In this document: one piece after another, positions 40,852-53,000 of the stretch
Position numbering within the stretch: position 1 is the stretch's first letter
How the letters are laid out: each line of letters begins with the position of its first letter
Virus record (IMG/VR): IMGVR_UViG_3300010352_001543
Length of the DNA: 64,000 bases
Direction: 5' to 3' (one strand)
DNA from: a virus
Taxonomy: Duplodnaviria > Caudoviricetes
Program-made: the position numbers and the translations under genes
The notes under the pieces: model-generated
The model's input: only the letters and a program-made list of their open reading frames with translations
What the model was told of the DNA's origin: nothing
Database searches by the model: none

Positions 40852-41463
40852 TTATCTACCATAATATGTGTTATTCCATGTAATTTTACCATCGAATCCT
40901 AAATCGCTTAAGGATTTATCTAAATCATCTATAGTATTCCCAATCACTTCAATATCAATTTCAAAATCATTAAAACTTTTATGATTGACTTCTGAATTAT
41001 ATGTTCTATTGAGATTGCTGTCATATGATATATGTTGATCAAATTTTTCATCTCCTATAGGAGCTTCCAAACCTTTTATCTGTTTTTTATCATAATGTAA
41101 ATCTAAGTACCTGTCGATGGTCGCTTTTAAATAAACAGATCCGTGAAATTTGTTATGCCTTTTATGGGTCGCCCTGCCACTTAATGAACCACGAAATCCA
41201 CGAATTTTCAATAAGCTATTTGTATAGATTTTGTTTCCTTTTTTGTCTTTCTTCCCAATGTACATTCCGATACTTTCTGGAGAAACAAAATGTTGATCTC
41301 TACCATCAAGAATACAAAATCTTCTTTCACCTTTATTAGCGTCATAGTAGTGATGTAAGCATCCACTGATCCATCCTTCATTATCATATATTCTTTTGCC
41401 TCTAAATTTTACCTCAGACAAATCGATTGGACTATTCATTATTGTCGATTCTTCCATAGTCAC
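40852..41463 (-). CDS. YopX-family protein
   Basis: KFRGKR, SIGMYIGKKDKKGNKIY, EVIGN. Confidence 0.75.
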   Translation of the reverse strand: MTMEESTIMNSPIDLSEVKFRGKRIYDNEGWISGCLHHYYDANKGERRFCILDGRDQHFVSPESIGMYIGKKDKKGNKIYTNSLLKIRGFRGSLSGRATHKRHNKFHGSVYLKATIDRYLDLHYDKKQIKGLEAPIGDEKFDQHISYDSNLNRTYNSEVNHKSFNDFEIDIEVIGNTIDDLDKSLSDLGFDGKITWNNTYYGR

Positions 41464-41815
41464 CTTTCCATAATTCAGGGTTATTAAAACGATTTCCTAT
41501 TACTGCTAAGTTAGGCGAATCCAATGTTTGATAAAAATTGGAACCGCCCGCTTCATCGATTGCGTTGAAGCAAGCAAGTTTTTCATCCCAAATAACAAGC
41601 GTAGTTGTTTCATGTTTTGAATGATATAAAATATCATATCGGTAAATATCATATCCGTGTTTGTCTTCCAATCCAATTTGTTCCATTACTGGAAAATTGA
41701 ATTTATAAGCATCTTTCCAAAAAAATTCCAAATTATTGAGTTTAGAATTCCAATAAGCAAAACTTTTAGTTTCTTTATCCCAATAACGAAAACCATATAC
41801 TCTATTTTTGATCAT
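41432..41815 (-). CDS. YopX-family protein
   Basis: FRYWDKE, MEQIGLEDKHG.DIY..DI, VIGN..NNPEL. Confidence 0.8.
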   Translation of the reverse strand: MIKNRVYGFRYWDKETKSFAYWNSKLNNLEFFWKDAYKFNFPVMEQIGLEDKHGYDIYRYDILYHSKHETTTLVIWDEKLACFNAIDEAGGSNFYQTLDSPNLAVIGNRFNNPELWKGDYGRIDNNE

Positions 41816-42235
41816 CTATCCATTTCCTAATTTGTTTTTCTCTATATTCATCAAATTTATGTTCTTTCCATAAAGATATTTGATCATCCAATGTAAAATT
41901 AAGAGGATCTCTACCATTCATATAACAAAAATGATATTGCATATTTTCCATTCCTTCTTTTCCCAAGGACCAGAACCATTCTTCTGCTTCATCTTCGAAT
42001 TCATAATCAGAAGGAGTATAGAAATAAAGTTCCTTTCCGGTTCGATCCCAAAAGTGTTCGATTATTCTACATAATCCGTCATCGTATTGATTCAGTAACT
42101 CATTGACCTCATCCATATTATAAACTATTTTTGTATGATAGTTTGTGAAATTTTTACCTGGATTGATACGAGCTATTGCTCTTCCATAATTATCTAAAAT
42201 TATTTTTGGATCATGCGGTTTGCTATCTGATAATT

Positions 42236-42550
42236 TCATTGTTTTCCCTTTTTTAAATTTCCTTTTTCTGTAATTTCTTCATAGTGATTTAGAAAACGGT
42301 TTTCATGAAAAACACTTACATCGCCTTCATGATTTAATACTATAAAATAACCTTTTTTGAAAATTTGTTTTCTATATGAGTAATGTGTACCATCAAGTTC
42401 ATCAAGAACTTCAATAAGATTGACACCATGTTCGAATATTTCTGCTTTACCAGAAAATAACATTGCTTTAAACCAAACAGGTTCTTTATCAATTCCATAT
42501 TGAAAAGCATCAACTGGTTCACTCTTTAATCTAAATTTTCTGATCTTCAT
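42236..42550 (-). CDS. small phage protein, PGDYG-like family
   Basis: PVDAFQY...GYFIV...F.NHYE. Confidence 0.5.
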   Translation of the reverse strand: MKIRKFRLKSEPVDAFQYGIDKEPVWFKAMLFSGKAEIFEHGVNLIEVLDELDGTHYSYRKQIFKKGYFIVLNHEGDVSVFHENRFLNHYEEITEKGNLKKGKQ

Positions 42551-43809
42551 AAATAATATCTTGCCCTTAGTTTTTCGGCTCTTTCTTCTAACAATAATGC
42601 TAATTTCAAATCAGCGTCTTTTCTTGTCATTAAATTTTGATCAAGAATTTCTTGTAATTTTTCTGTTCCTATTGTTACTACCAAAACACCAGGAGTTGCT
42701 AATATATGATAATAATTATCGGCTATACCAGGGAAAATACTTAAATATGTATAAGTTTCTACCCGTCCACTTTCTATACCGTAGAAATGGTCACCTGCTT
42801 TTAAATCTGATACTTTCATTCGTTTTGTCCTTAAATTTATTTATCAATTTTACTTTTCGTTTTCCATAATTCATAGCCTTCAGCATATAATTCCTTTGCT
42901 GATTTATTCGATAATTCTTCTATGGAAAATTCTTGTCCGAAGTCCCACGGTGTTCCATACCAACGTGGATTTGGAATATAATAATAAATAATTGTTATAA
43001 AACCTTTTTTATACTTTTAAAATCATGAATATAGTATTCGGGAATTGATGGAGCCATCGGTTGTTCAATATTTGCTGAATCATAGTCAGACCTATACAAA
43101 TCACATAAATTTCTGGTTACTTTCTCTGCTTTTTTAATGAGTTTCGTAAATTCGATATAAGCGTTTAGATCATATTCTTTTTTCATTATCTGAAATCTCC
43201 TAACATATAACCAAGAAGCGTTGGTCCAAGTTCTTCGCCCTCATGACCATATTCAGCCAACCATACATTTGTATTTTTATCCATTTTATAACTTCCACCC
43301 TTGTAACCATTAAATGTTTCGTCAAGTGCAGAAATTGCATGATTTCTCATTTCACCGACAGTAGTGTTATCTACAGGTGTAAAAGCTACATCTTCATAGT
43401 ATCCTCTATAGCTGTCCGGTTCACCGAATCCTTTGGTGACTACTTGTTCTGCCGGATATTCCATTAATTTTACTATTACATCCATTAATTTCATTTTCTT
43501 AATCCTCTTGCTGATGAAGTTTATATTGTTTTAAAATATTTTCAAATTGTCTGTTTAAAAAATCTTTAGCTTCTGGAATTGAATCAAATTCGTTTTTTAG
43601 GAAAATATTTTTCCATTCACAGTTTGGATTCCCGTCTTCCATAATGTCATTTTTATACACCATCAAACGAATTTGATGAGTTTTAGCATGTATGCTACCA
43701 ACTATCTTTCCTTCGTATTTAATATAATGTATATCGTCGTAAAACGAACGGTACGCTCCGGTTGATTTTTCTGTTTTGAATGTAAATTTTTTAGCTTTCA
43801 TTTTTAAAT

Positions 43810-43913
43810 TCCTAAAGTTATTAGTTGTTACTTAATTTATAATATATTGACGTAGCTAATGGAATTTTATTGTAACAAAAAGAAAGAATTTTCAAAATAA
43901 ATTGAAAATTCTT
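43810..43913 (-). promoter_or_regulatory. repeat module G
   Basis: Hairpin plus TTACAATAAAATTCCATTAGCTACGTCAATATATTAT and AACTAATAACTTTAGGA. Confidence 0.85.
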
Positions 43914-44420
43914 ATTGTTTTCTATATGTTCGAAATGCTATTTAGAATGCATTCATTTTGATCCTTTTATGGTAATTAATCGCTTTGCATATTTCTTCTT
44001 TTTTAGCAATGAATCCTCTTTTATGTTGTTTTAACAATTCAAGCATCTGTAGGTGATTATCGATTATTAGTGAATCAATCAAACTTTTTCATTTTTTTCT
44101 AAGTTCTCCGATGTATCGATCCATCTCTCTAATTTTTACCTCCATTTCCTTGACGAGCAAGCTCAATCTTTTTTACTGGATGAATTTTAACTGGTTTGTT
44201 AGATACTTCTTCTATCAATTCGCTCATTTTTATATTCCTTTGCCCAACAATCTATACAACTACTGACGTCGTCAAATGGTTCCGGACATTCCAACTTAAT
44301 GTCCAATAAATCACAAACACAATAAAGTTGTTCGACCAATCCACCGAATTCTAAATTGATTTGTTCTTGTGTTCTACTATTTACATAAGCATCAATTCTT
44401 GATAGCATTTTGTTTCCTTC

Positions 44421-45224
44421 TTAAATACTGGTCCCTAAATCTTCGATGAGGGTACCAAAGTATGCTTTAGCATCTTCTTTCTTAATAATTTTAGTGTTTG
44501 ATCGTTGAATACTATAATCATTGATAAACGCTGCACAGTTATTCTGATATACCTCATTCCAAAAATAACATGTCTCTGATTCACTCACAATGTAGATACA
44601 TATCGGTTCAATGACATCTTTTAATTGTGTTATGTAATAATGTCCAACTTCAAATTGATCAATATTTGTTGGTTCTTCAACAGCAGGTATTTTAGAAACA
44701 GTAGAACCACATGTTTCTAACAGCCAATCTAATCGATCAAGTATTCTATTATATTCATCTATACCCATTATATTTGTTCTTACTTTATGCTCACCTAATG
44801 TTTTTGTTTCTGATTCAACTTTATCACCGTCTCTAAGTTCGATAGTCAGAATTCGTTTATCTTTTAGAAATTCATCATCTATTGCTTTAAGTTCTTTTAA
44901 ATGTTCTTCGAGTTCTTTTCCTGATATTGTTCCATCAGTGGATAATTGCTCAAAATTTCGTTCCAATTCTTCAGCTGGAATATAATCACCTTATATTCTT
45001 TCGAGTATTCGACCGGTGGTTTCATCTTTAACTATTTCTTTTATATGAATATATCCACCTACTTTTGGTTGATTTTTTCTCATCCATTCTGTTCTCATAT
45101 TAATCGAATCTTTGTTCGCTAATATTATTTTTGAAGCACTTACGATCTGAACATAAGGTTCAAATGGAATAATTTCCTTGATTTTAACTGCTTCTATTTC
45201 TGCTTTACTTCTAAAGATAGCCAT
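44421..45224 (-). pseudogene. probable single gene split by in-frame TAA
   Basis: ...GRILERI*GDYIPAEELERNFEQL: the two ORF-track pieces are in one frame and only TAA 44991-44993 separates them. Confidence 0.6.
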
Positions 45225-45800
45225 TTTTATAATTCCTTTTTCTTTTTAAATTAATTTTTCTACATATTCTTTAACATCTTCTATCGTGCCACCGGTGTTG
45301 ATAATATCTAAAATATCGTCTTTTACTATTTGGTAGTAAATTTTTTCTTGTTCTTCATCGATTACACTACATATTGTCTGAAAATCATAACCAACCTTAC
45401 TCATGGAACCGTTTGTTACATGACAAAGTAAATCACAATAATCACTTTCTAATTGATCATAAAATTTTATTTTGTGTTTCCATCTGGCTATATCACCAAA
45501 ATGATATGTTACGTAATCCTTAATATTATAAAATATACTTCTCAACCAAAATTTTAATTTCCACCAAAACATGCTAATTCCTTAAAACATTTATTTTTAA
45601 ATTCTTCTTCACTAATTCTATCATGTGCTACATGATTACTTCCACATCCACAACATGTACATATGTTCAGATCTCTGTATTCTTCCGGATATTCAATATC
45701 TAAAATACAACCCATAAATGTTTCACTATGTTCTTTGGTTCCGCACCTTGGACAAAGTTCATGCTTGATTGCATATTTTTCCATAAATGTGTCGTAAAAA

Positions 45801-46226
45801 TTATTCATCTTTATTCTCCATTAGCCAAAGATCAGGATTATCAATTATATTTCCAATAACCTCATATGATATTCCGTTAGATATTTTACAAATATCACTC
45901 CCAAAAATGAAATCTTTTTTATTACATTGAGTACACCAGCCATAATCTTTCCATATGACCAATGCTAACGTTCCATCAACTTTAAATCTTACAATATCAT
46001 CTTCGAAAATTTTTTGATTATGAATGTCTCTTTTTTTTGTAAATTCTCTAAGAGTGAAAGGATCAATCTCTACACTTTCCAAAAATGTTTGAATGTACCA
46101 GATGTCACCATCTCGATAATGATAGCCATATACCCATTGACCATCTTTAATTGATTTTCCTGTAAATTCAATTGTTCTTTCCATCGTTTCGATACATGAT
46201 GGATGTTCTATTTTTGTAATAACCAT
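45801..46226 (-). CDS. YopX-family protein
   Basis: FTGKSIKDGQWVYG, KIFEDDIV, EVIGNIIDNPDL. Confidence 0.8.
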   Translation of the reverse strand: MVITKIEHPSCIETMERTIEFTGKSIKDGQWVYGYHYRDGDIWYIQTFLESVEIDPFTLREFTKKRDIHNQKIFEDDIVRFKVDGTLALVIWKDYGWCTQCNKKDFIFGSDICKISNGISYEVIGNIIDNPDLWLMENKDE

Positions 46227-46229
46227 GTT

Positions 46230-46509
46230 TTATATCGACCTCATGAATTGTGTTAGATCGTTCATTCTTCCAGAACACAATTCCATTTCATTATGTATTT
46301 TTTCTTTTCGATTTTGCAGATAAGTATATTTCCATGAATCGGCCGGATATTCTTTCTGCCATTCACTTATGTTGTTTAATTCTCTTCTGATGTCTTCGAT
46401 TAATTTTTTCCATTCTTCTAACTCATGGTTAGTTTCTGATTTAATACGTTCGACAGTTTCTAAGATTTCTTTTTCAGTGAGCTTGACTTGTTTTGTATCT
46501 TTTTTCCAT
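46230..46509 (-). pseudogene. frameshifted third member of the EWQKEY coiled-coil family
   Basis: ATG GAA AAA then a +1 shift in A6 (46500-46505) opens DTKQVKLTEKE...EWQKEYPADSWK. Confidence 0.55.
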
Positions 46510-46526
46510 TTTAATAATTTCCTATT

Positions 46527-47066
46527 TTAAATTTTAAGAATATGTTTTTTTAAAATAAAATCTTTTAATCTTTTAGCGGCTTCTTGTGGAGTATGCCCAT
46601 CGAATTCAAACAATACCTTCTCCGTTTCAGGAATTCTAAATAAATCCCAATCTTTCATTTCATAGTGATTTGTAATTTGACCTGTTGGTAATATAGCAAC
46701 TACAATGAACCATCCACCGCCAAAACATTCCTCTCCATCGAAATGACGTTTTGATTTATGAACGTTATTTTCCGGAACAAAATTCGAATTTCCATTCTTA
46801 TTATGATACTGCCATTCTCTTGACCAACTATTAAACAAAGCAGCATTATAAAGCATCCGATATTCATATAGCTCATCGAATGTGTGGTATCCGTCTGAAA
46901 TGCCACCAGGCGAACAATTTAATTTAAAATCATTCGCCTTTTCTAAATCTTCTATCTGTTCGTTAATAGATTTGATTTGAAAATTGATTTCTTTGTATAT
47001 TTCATTGAAACTTCTTTCTAAACCTGCTTTCTTTTTATTTTTGACCAAATTTTCTTTTACTTCCAT
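46527..47066 (-). CDS. conserved phage protein (WDGH-like domain)
   Basis: SDGYHTFDELYEYR, KSKRH.DG, GWFIV, GQITNHY, FDGHT. Confidence 0.65.
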   Translation of the reverse strand: MEVKENLVKNKKKAGLERSFNEIYKEINFQIKSINEQIEDLEKANDFKLNCSPGGISDGYHTFDELYEYRMLYNAALFNSWSREWQYHNKNGNSNFVPENNVHKSKRHFDGEECFGGGWFIVVAILPTGQITNHYEMKDWDLFRIPETEKVLFEFDGHTPQEAAKRLKDFILKKHILKI

Positions 47067-50000
47067 TTTCTAAATATCCTTTTGATTAATTTCTTTAAAA
47101 ATCTTTGTTTTTGATAATCCTCCATTTGTTCTTTGAATGTAGGTGGAATTTCAGTAGAGCAATAATCAATATCTACAACTATAGTTATATTAAAACTTGC
47201 ACTCCTATCCAAAGCATACGCGCTTATCCAACCAGGACTACACCATCCCATCATTCCAGAATCATCTGAAAGTATAATATTTTTACAATAATCCTTTTTA
47301 AAATTATATTTATGATGTATTAAAACAATCCAATCCTCAACATATTTACTCATTTCGGGAGTGTTTATGTTTACTGTATAATGATTATCTGAATGTTCAA
47401 CAACATCTAGCCAAGTCTCATTTATTTTAATTTTCATTTTTCACCCATTTTATTTCTTTTCGAATTTTTTGAATTTCTAAATTTAGAGATTCAATACAAT
47501 TTTTATGTTGTTTGATCAAATCTTGTTTTCTATCTATTGTTTTAAACAAAATTTTCAGTTCAATTTCTTTTTCTTTGGCTGTCATCATTTTTTAAATTAT
47601 AATGTGTTTATTCTTCTCTTCTAACTGTTGGTCTCTCTTTGATATAAAATAATTATACAATTTGATCTTTTCTTGATTATATTGTTCGATTAATTCTGGG
47701 TTTTCTTTTATTTTATTAGCCACGTATAGAGCGTCATTGTAACTACTAAATGCCATTGGAAATTCACAACCAATATTATTACCAACTTTGGCGGCATGAT
47801 AAATATGTTTCCAAGGATCTACCGGTAAATACTTTCCGAACATTCTACCTGTATTTTTGAATCTGTACATTAATATGTATGTATCAGATACATATTCTTC
47901 GTCGTATTTTATCAATAATTCAATTTCTTTGTCTGTCATTTTCCTAACATCTCTTTGACTTTTTCATCTATCTTTTGTTGTTGATATTTATGTTCTTCTT
48001 TTATACTTTCTTTATATGACCTTTTGTACTCAGCAGCGGCAAATAAAATATCCAAAAATTCCTCTTCTGTTGGAAGAGGCTTAGTTGGATCATAATGAAG
48101 AATACCATCTTTAAATTTTTCTGATTCTATAAGCGATGACATGGCGGAACCTCACATTCAAAAATATCTGCATTTTCGTAAATATTACCAAGTTTCTTAA
48201 TTGATGGGACCGGAAAACCATCTCGTGATAGTCTATGTTTCATCCAAACATTTTTATTAGATTCATATGAATATGGATAATACAAAGACCAATCAAAATC
48301 TTCTTTTATAATATAACCAATAATACCGCTAAGAAAATGGTCGTTTACCTGGACAATATCATGTCTGAATAATTTCTGACCATCATCGTCATCAACTCCA
48401 GTATATTGTAGAAAGATTAAATCCTTGTTTTCTACTGTTTTCTCTTCACCTAAGGAATTCATGAAAGTTGCTTGACTAATTCCTTGAGGCGCATTCTCGA
48501 ACGATATGCTGGTTAAAGCAATATAAAATTCCTTTTCTCTTTTGTCATATACATTAAATTCAATTAGATCATTAGCTACGTTCATGGTCTCCTGCCTTGA
48601 AAAGTGATTCCAATGCTTTCGCTAAATTCACCTCATTTATCTCATCTTCCACTAACAACATCCATATATTGCTTTGTGAATTAGAAATTTCTAAATCATC
48701 AAACCGATCCCGGTACCTTGCTGAATTGTAAAGATTGAAAGTTGTATTGTTATCCACTAAGTATTGTGTATCCATTCTGAAATACGCAGTTCCGTTCATT
48801 TCAAAATATAGCACCATGTGGTTGTCATTCATTTGCTTTTCGATCATTTGAAATTTTTCTAAACTGTACATGGTTAATAATACTCCGTAAATACATAGTA
48901 GCCATTCATAAAGTCACCTCCAGCATAGCAACTTATCCTACGATTACCGCAAGTACATCTCCGGTCACCGCGGGTGTATGTATCGCATTCGTCACAGCTA
49001 TTAATTTGCATTAACGTACCAACCGGGTATTGTTCATCCAACCATCTTGCACCTAAAATTTCGTTTACTTCATCGAAGATTTGGTTTTCTGTTTTCCCTT
49101 CAATTGGGATGTTTAACTCACTCGCTTTTACTAAAGTCATCTGAAGACGTTTATTTCGTTGATCCCTTTGCTTAATTTGTTTATCAACTTCAAGTTTCAG
49201 ATTATTGTAGTAATCGATAAATGTATTACTTCTGTTCCTTAGATTAATACAATCAATTTCTATACCATTGACCACATGAGTATGATTACTATAAGAATTT
49301 TTCCAATTTGGTGGACTATTATAATACAAACTATATTTTGTTATAATTTCATCGTACATGGTTGAATAAGCTTTGGTTCTTTTACCTTTTGTTGCCTTTG
49401 TAGCTATTCCAAATGATCTAAATAAGTCCTCCAAGTATGCTTCTATTTCTAAACGTGCTTGATGACGTTTTCGTCCAACGGTTATGTTATGACCCTCCAT
49501 ATCTAATATTTGCTCATGGATTTGTTGAACTGCTTCAACCGGCATATTATAAAGTTTCTGTAAATCTCTTATGAATGATAAATCATTCAATCCATAATCA
49601 GCAAAACCTTTGTACTGCTGTATGTTAGCCATTATTTCTTTAATTTCGTTTTTTGTTTCTTCTAACATTTTAAAATTCCTCTTCATTATTATAAACCAGG
49701 AGTTCGAGAAAATAGTCTTCAAGTAACATTATTTTCATTTCATCACTTTCTGGAAAATTGTTTCCGCTTGGAGACTTGTAAGTTAATAAGTGCCGATATG
49801 CTGCACCGCTTGATTTAAATACTTGATTGTCTATCCTTGTATCCGGAAAATCTTTTAACACTACCACAAATAACTTGGTAGTGTATAATTTTTCATCTTC
49901 CATAGTTTACAAATTCTCGAACATTTTTTTGATTCTTAAATATCTTTCTCTGGTCCGGTACGGATTTTTGTCTATAAAGAACATAAGGACACAGTTAGCA

Positions 50001-53000
50001 AAAATTACTAAAAGACATACACACAATCCAGTAACCGCTGTTTTTAAGTCTTCACTAAGCATCATAAATACAGTGTATACTATAATTATTAGTGATATGA
50101 AATTGATCCATCCAGTTGCTTTCATTTTTTAATTTCCTGAGTTGTTTAAGACTTTTTTGAATTTGTAAATTGGATAAGTTCTTGCTTCATCGTCATAAAT
50201 TGCGGTAAAGGTTCTTTTATTGCTTTTTACAAATTTAACAGGTATATCATTTGTTAATAAAACCATATCACCTTTGTTTAATTTCTTGATTGCAAGGTAC
50301 TGTTCGAGTGTTCCATTTGGTATCATCTTATTACCTTTTCAGTTAAATTTCCTAAAATAGTTATTTGAGAGTTAATATCCAATCGTATGATTGCAGAATT
50401 TTTTACAAAAGGAGAAGTAACAATCCAATTGTCTTCAAATCTATCAAATTTATAAAGATTATTGCATTCATCAAGGAATATATCATTTTTTTCAAGAAGA
50501 TGTCCGACTTGTTTTTCTTTTATTTTTTGTGCTTGTTTTTCCGTCATTGACACAAAACAACCATATCCTATTCTATACTCTATATCATCGATAATAGCAT
50601 TGAAAGTTTTCTGGTTACGGTGCTGAAAGATTGCTGTCTGTCCATTATTTAATAGAATTTCATAACCATATCTTAATTGAGATAATTCATTTAATCTTTG
50701 TTCATTTGTCGTTGTTTTCATTTTTATTTTTCCTAAAATTATTAGTTAATGTTTAAATATAATATATTGACGTAGCTAATGTAATTTTATTGTAAACAAA
50801 AAGAAAGAATTTTCAATTTATTTTAGAAAATTCTTTAAATATTTCAATAATACCTTAATTTTTGAATATCTTTGATTAGAATAGCTTCTTCTTTTTTAAT
50901 TTCTTCTAATCTTCGCTGAAGCATTTCATCATCTTCTAATTTCTTTTCTTTTTCTTTTAGGTACTTAGCAGTTTTCTTTTCTTTTGTTTTCCTTGCCTTA
51001 ACTTCTTCATCAGTTTCTAATCTGATATATTTAACATAAGCACTGACCGAACCTTCTACATAACTTTTTAAATGAATGGATACTTTTTCATACATTTCCA
51101 AACGATGTTTAACATCATTAATATATGTAATAACTTTGTCGACAGGTCCGTTAAATTTTTTGATATTTAACTCTTCATTGATTTCTTTTTTAAATCTCTC
51201 AATTTCCATTAAATTTTTCCAAACAACCTATTGTACCAAGCATTGTTGAATTTTCCTACTGGTGAATTGAACCGAATTTTACCTGAACCAGTCATCAGCC
51301 AATTTACTGGAAATGAAGAAAAGAGTAACAACGCCCATACGACAAATAATGGAAATGTCAACCGCCATAAAAAATTAGTCTTTTTTGGTGGTTCTGATTC
51401 TTTGATGATCCGGTACTCGCTGTTCCTAAGTTCATCCGTTATTAACTGAATATCTTCTCTATTATAGCCCATTGCTTGAACTATCATTTTTGCCAATTCT
51501 TCATAAGGAACTTGGCTATACTTATACATATTTAACATTTAGTTACCTTCATATTTTTCTTTAAGTTTTAAATACTGTTCATATTGTTGTTTTTCTAATC
51601 TTTCATTTCTTTCTTTTTCAAACAATTCTTTTTTTCTATCAGCTTCTTCTTTTTTCTTTCGATTTTCTTCTTTTATAACAAATAATCGTTCATTGGAAAT
51701 ATCTTTTACCGATTTGTTTATTATATCATCTAATGTGAATTTTTGTGAATAATATTCTGGTTCATAGCAACCCGAGTTAGGCCATCTATCAAATTCATAT
51801 GTAACTTCAAATTCTCCATTTTCCATACAACCAAAATCATAACTAAAATCACTTTCATGTTTAGAGTAGTTAACATTTGGGTATTCTTCTGCAAATAAAC
51901 TTAATGTGACATCTTTTGCTTTTTCCAATATTTTATTAAATTCTTTAAAAACATTTTGCTTAAATATTACATTTTCGTATTTTTCAACTATAATATCTTT
52001 TGAAGTACAAAAAAGATGATTTATATAACCTTCATAATAATCATTAATATATCCAGCATCTGTAATACCAGCTGTTATTTTCATATCTTTTAGGATATCT
52101 TTCTTTGCTTCTTCCGTTTCTATTATTACCATTGGCATAAATTTATTCTCCTAATATATTTTCTACAAAATTCTTTTTCCAATCAGATTCTTGTTTTGAT
52201 AAATATGATTTATACTCTCTTTCAACATATTCAGCAAATCTTCCCATAATAGGAATTTCTATCGTGATAATATAACTATCAGGCAAACTGATTTCACATT
52301 CCCAAATGATTTTTGGGTCGTCGTTATTGTGTCCCCCACCACAGTCTTTTAGAATAAAGCGTAGACGAAGACTCCCATCAATAATTTTGAAATAAAAATA
52401 TTTTAAATAATTTATATTGTCAGCTTTCCAATATTCTATATTATATACATCTAACTTTTCCATTCCTGAGTATCGCCAATAATACCCTTCTTTTGTGGAT
52501 ATTAATGTTGCTTGGTGAGTTTTTAAAAGTTCTATTATAGATGAAGGATTGATCACTTGGTGACAACCTGTTGATATTTCACCCATCAGTGATAGTATCT
52601 TAAATAATCTTGCTTCTTTTTCTACTATTGTCATTTTACTCATCCTTTGCTTTATCAAAATAACATAATTGAATATTTGAGCAATCTCTCATTGGTTCAA
52701 CTTTAGGTAAATCAAATTGAATTACATATTTAACAATTACATTCGCTAATTTTTTGAAAAATTCACTAATCATTCTATCTAATTCAAGTTCTTCATTTTT
52801 TGTAAGTTCATTTTCCATATTATTCCTCTTTAAATTTATCTTCCCCATAATCCATTTTTATGACTATCATATGTGGTTCAGAAATATCAACCGATTCAAG
52901 ATAATCATTTAATTGTTTTTCAGTTGGTGTATGTTGTAATATATCAAACAATTCCATCCATTTTAGATAATATTTATATGCTTGTTCATTTGCTTCTTTA

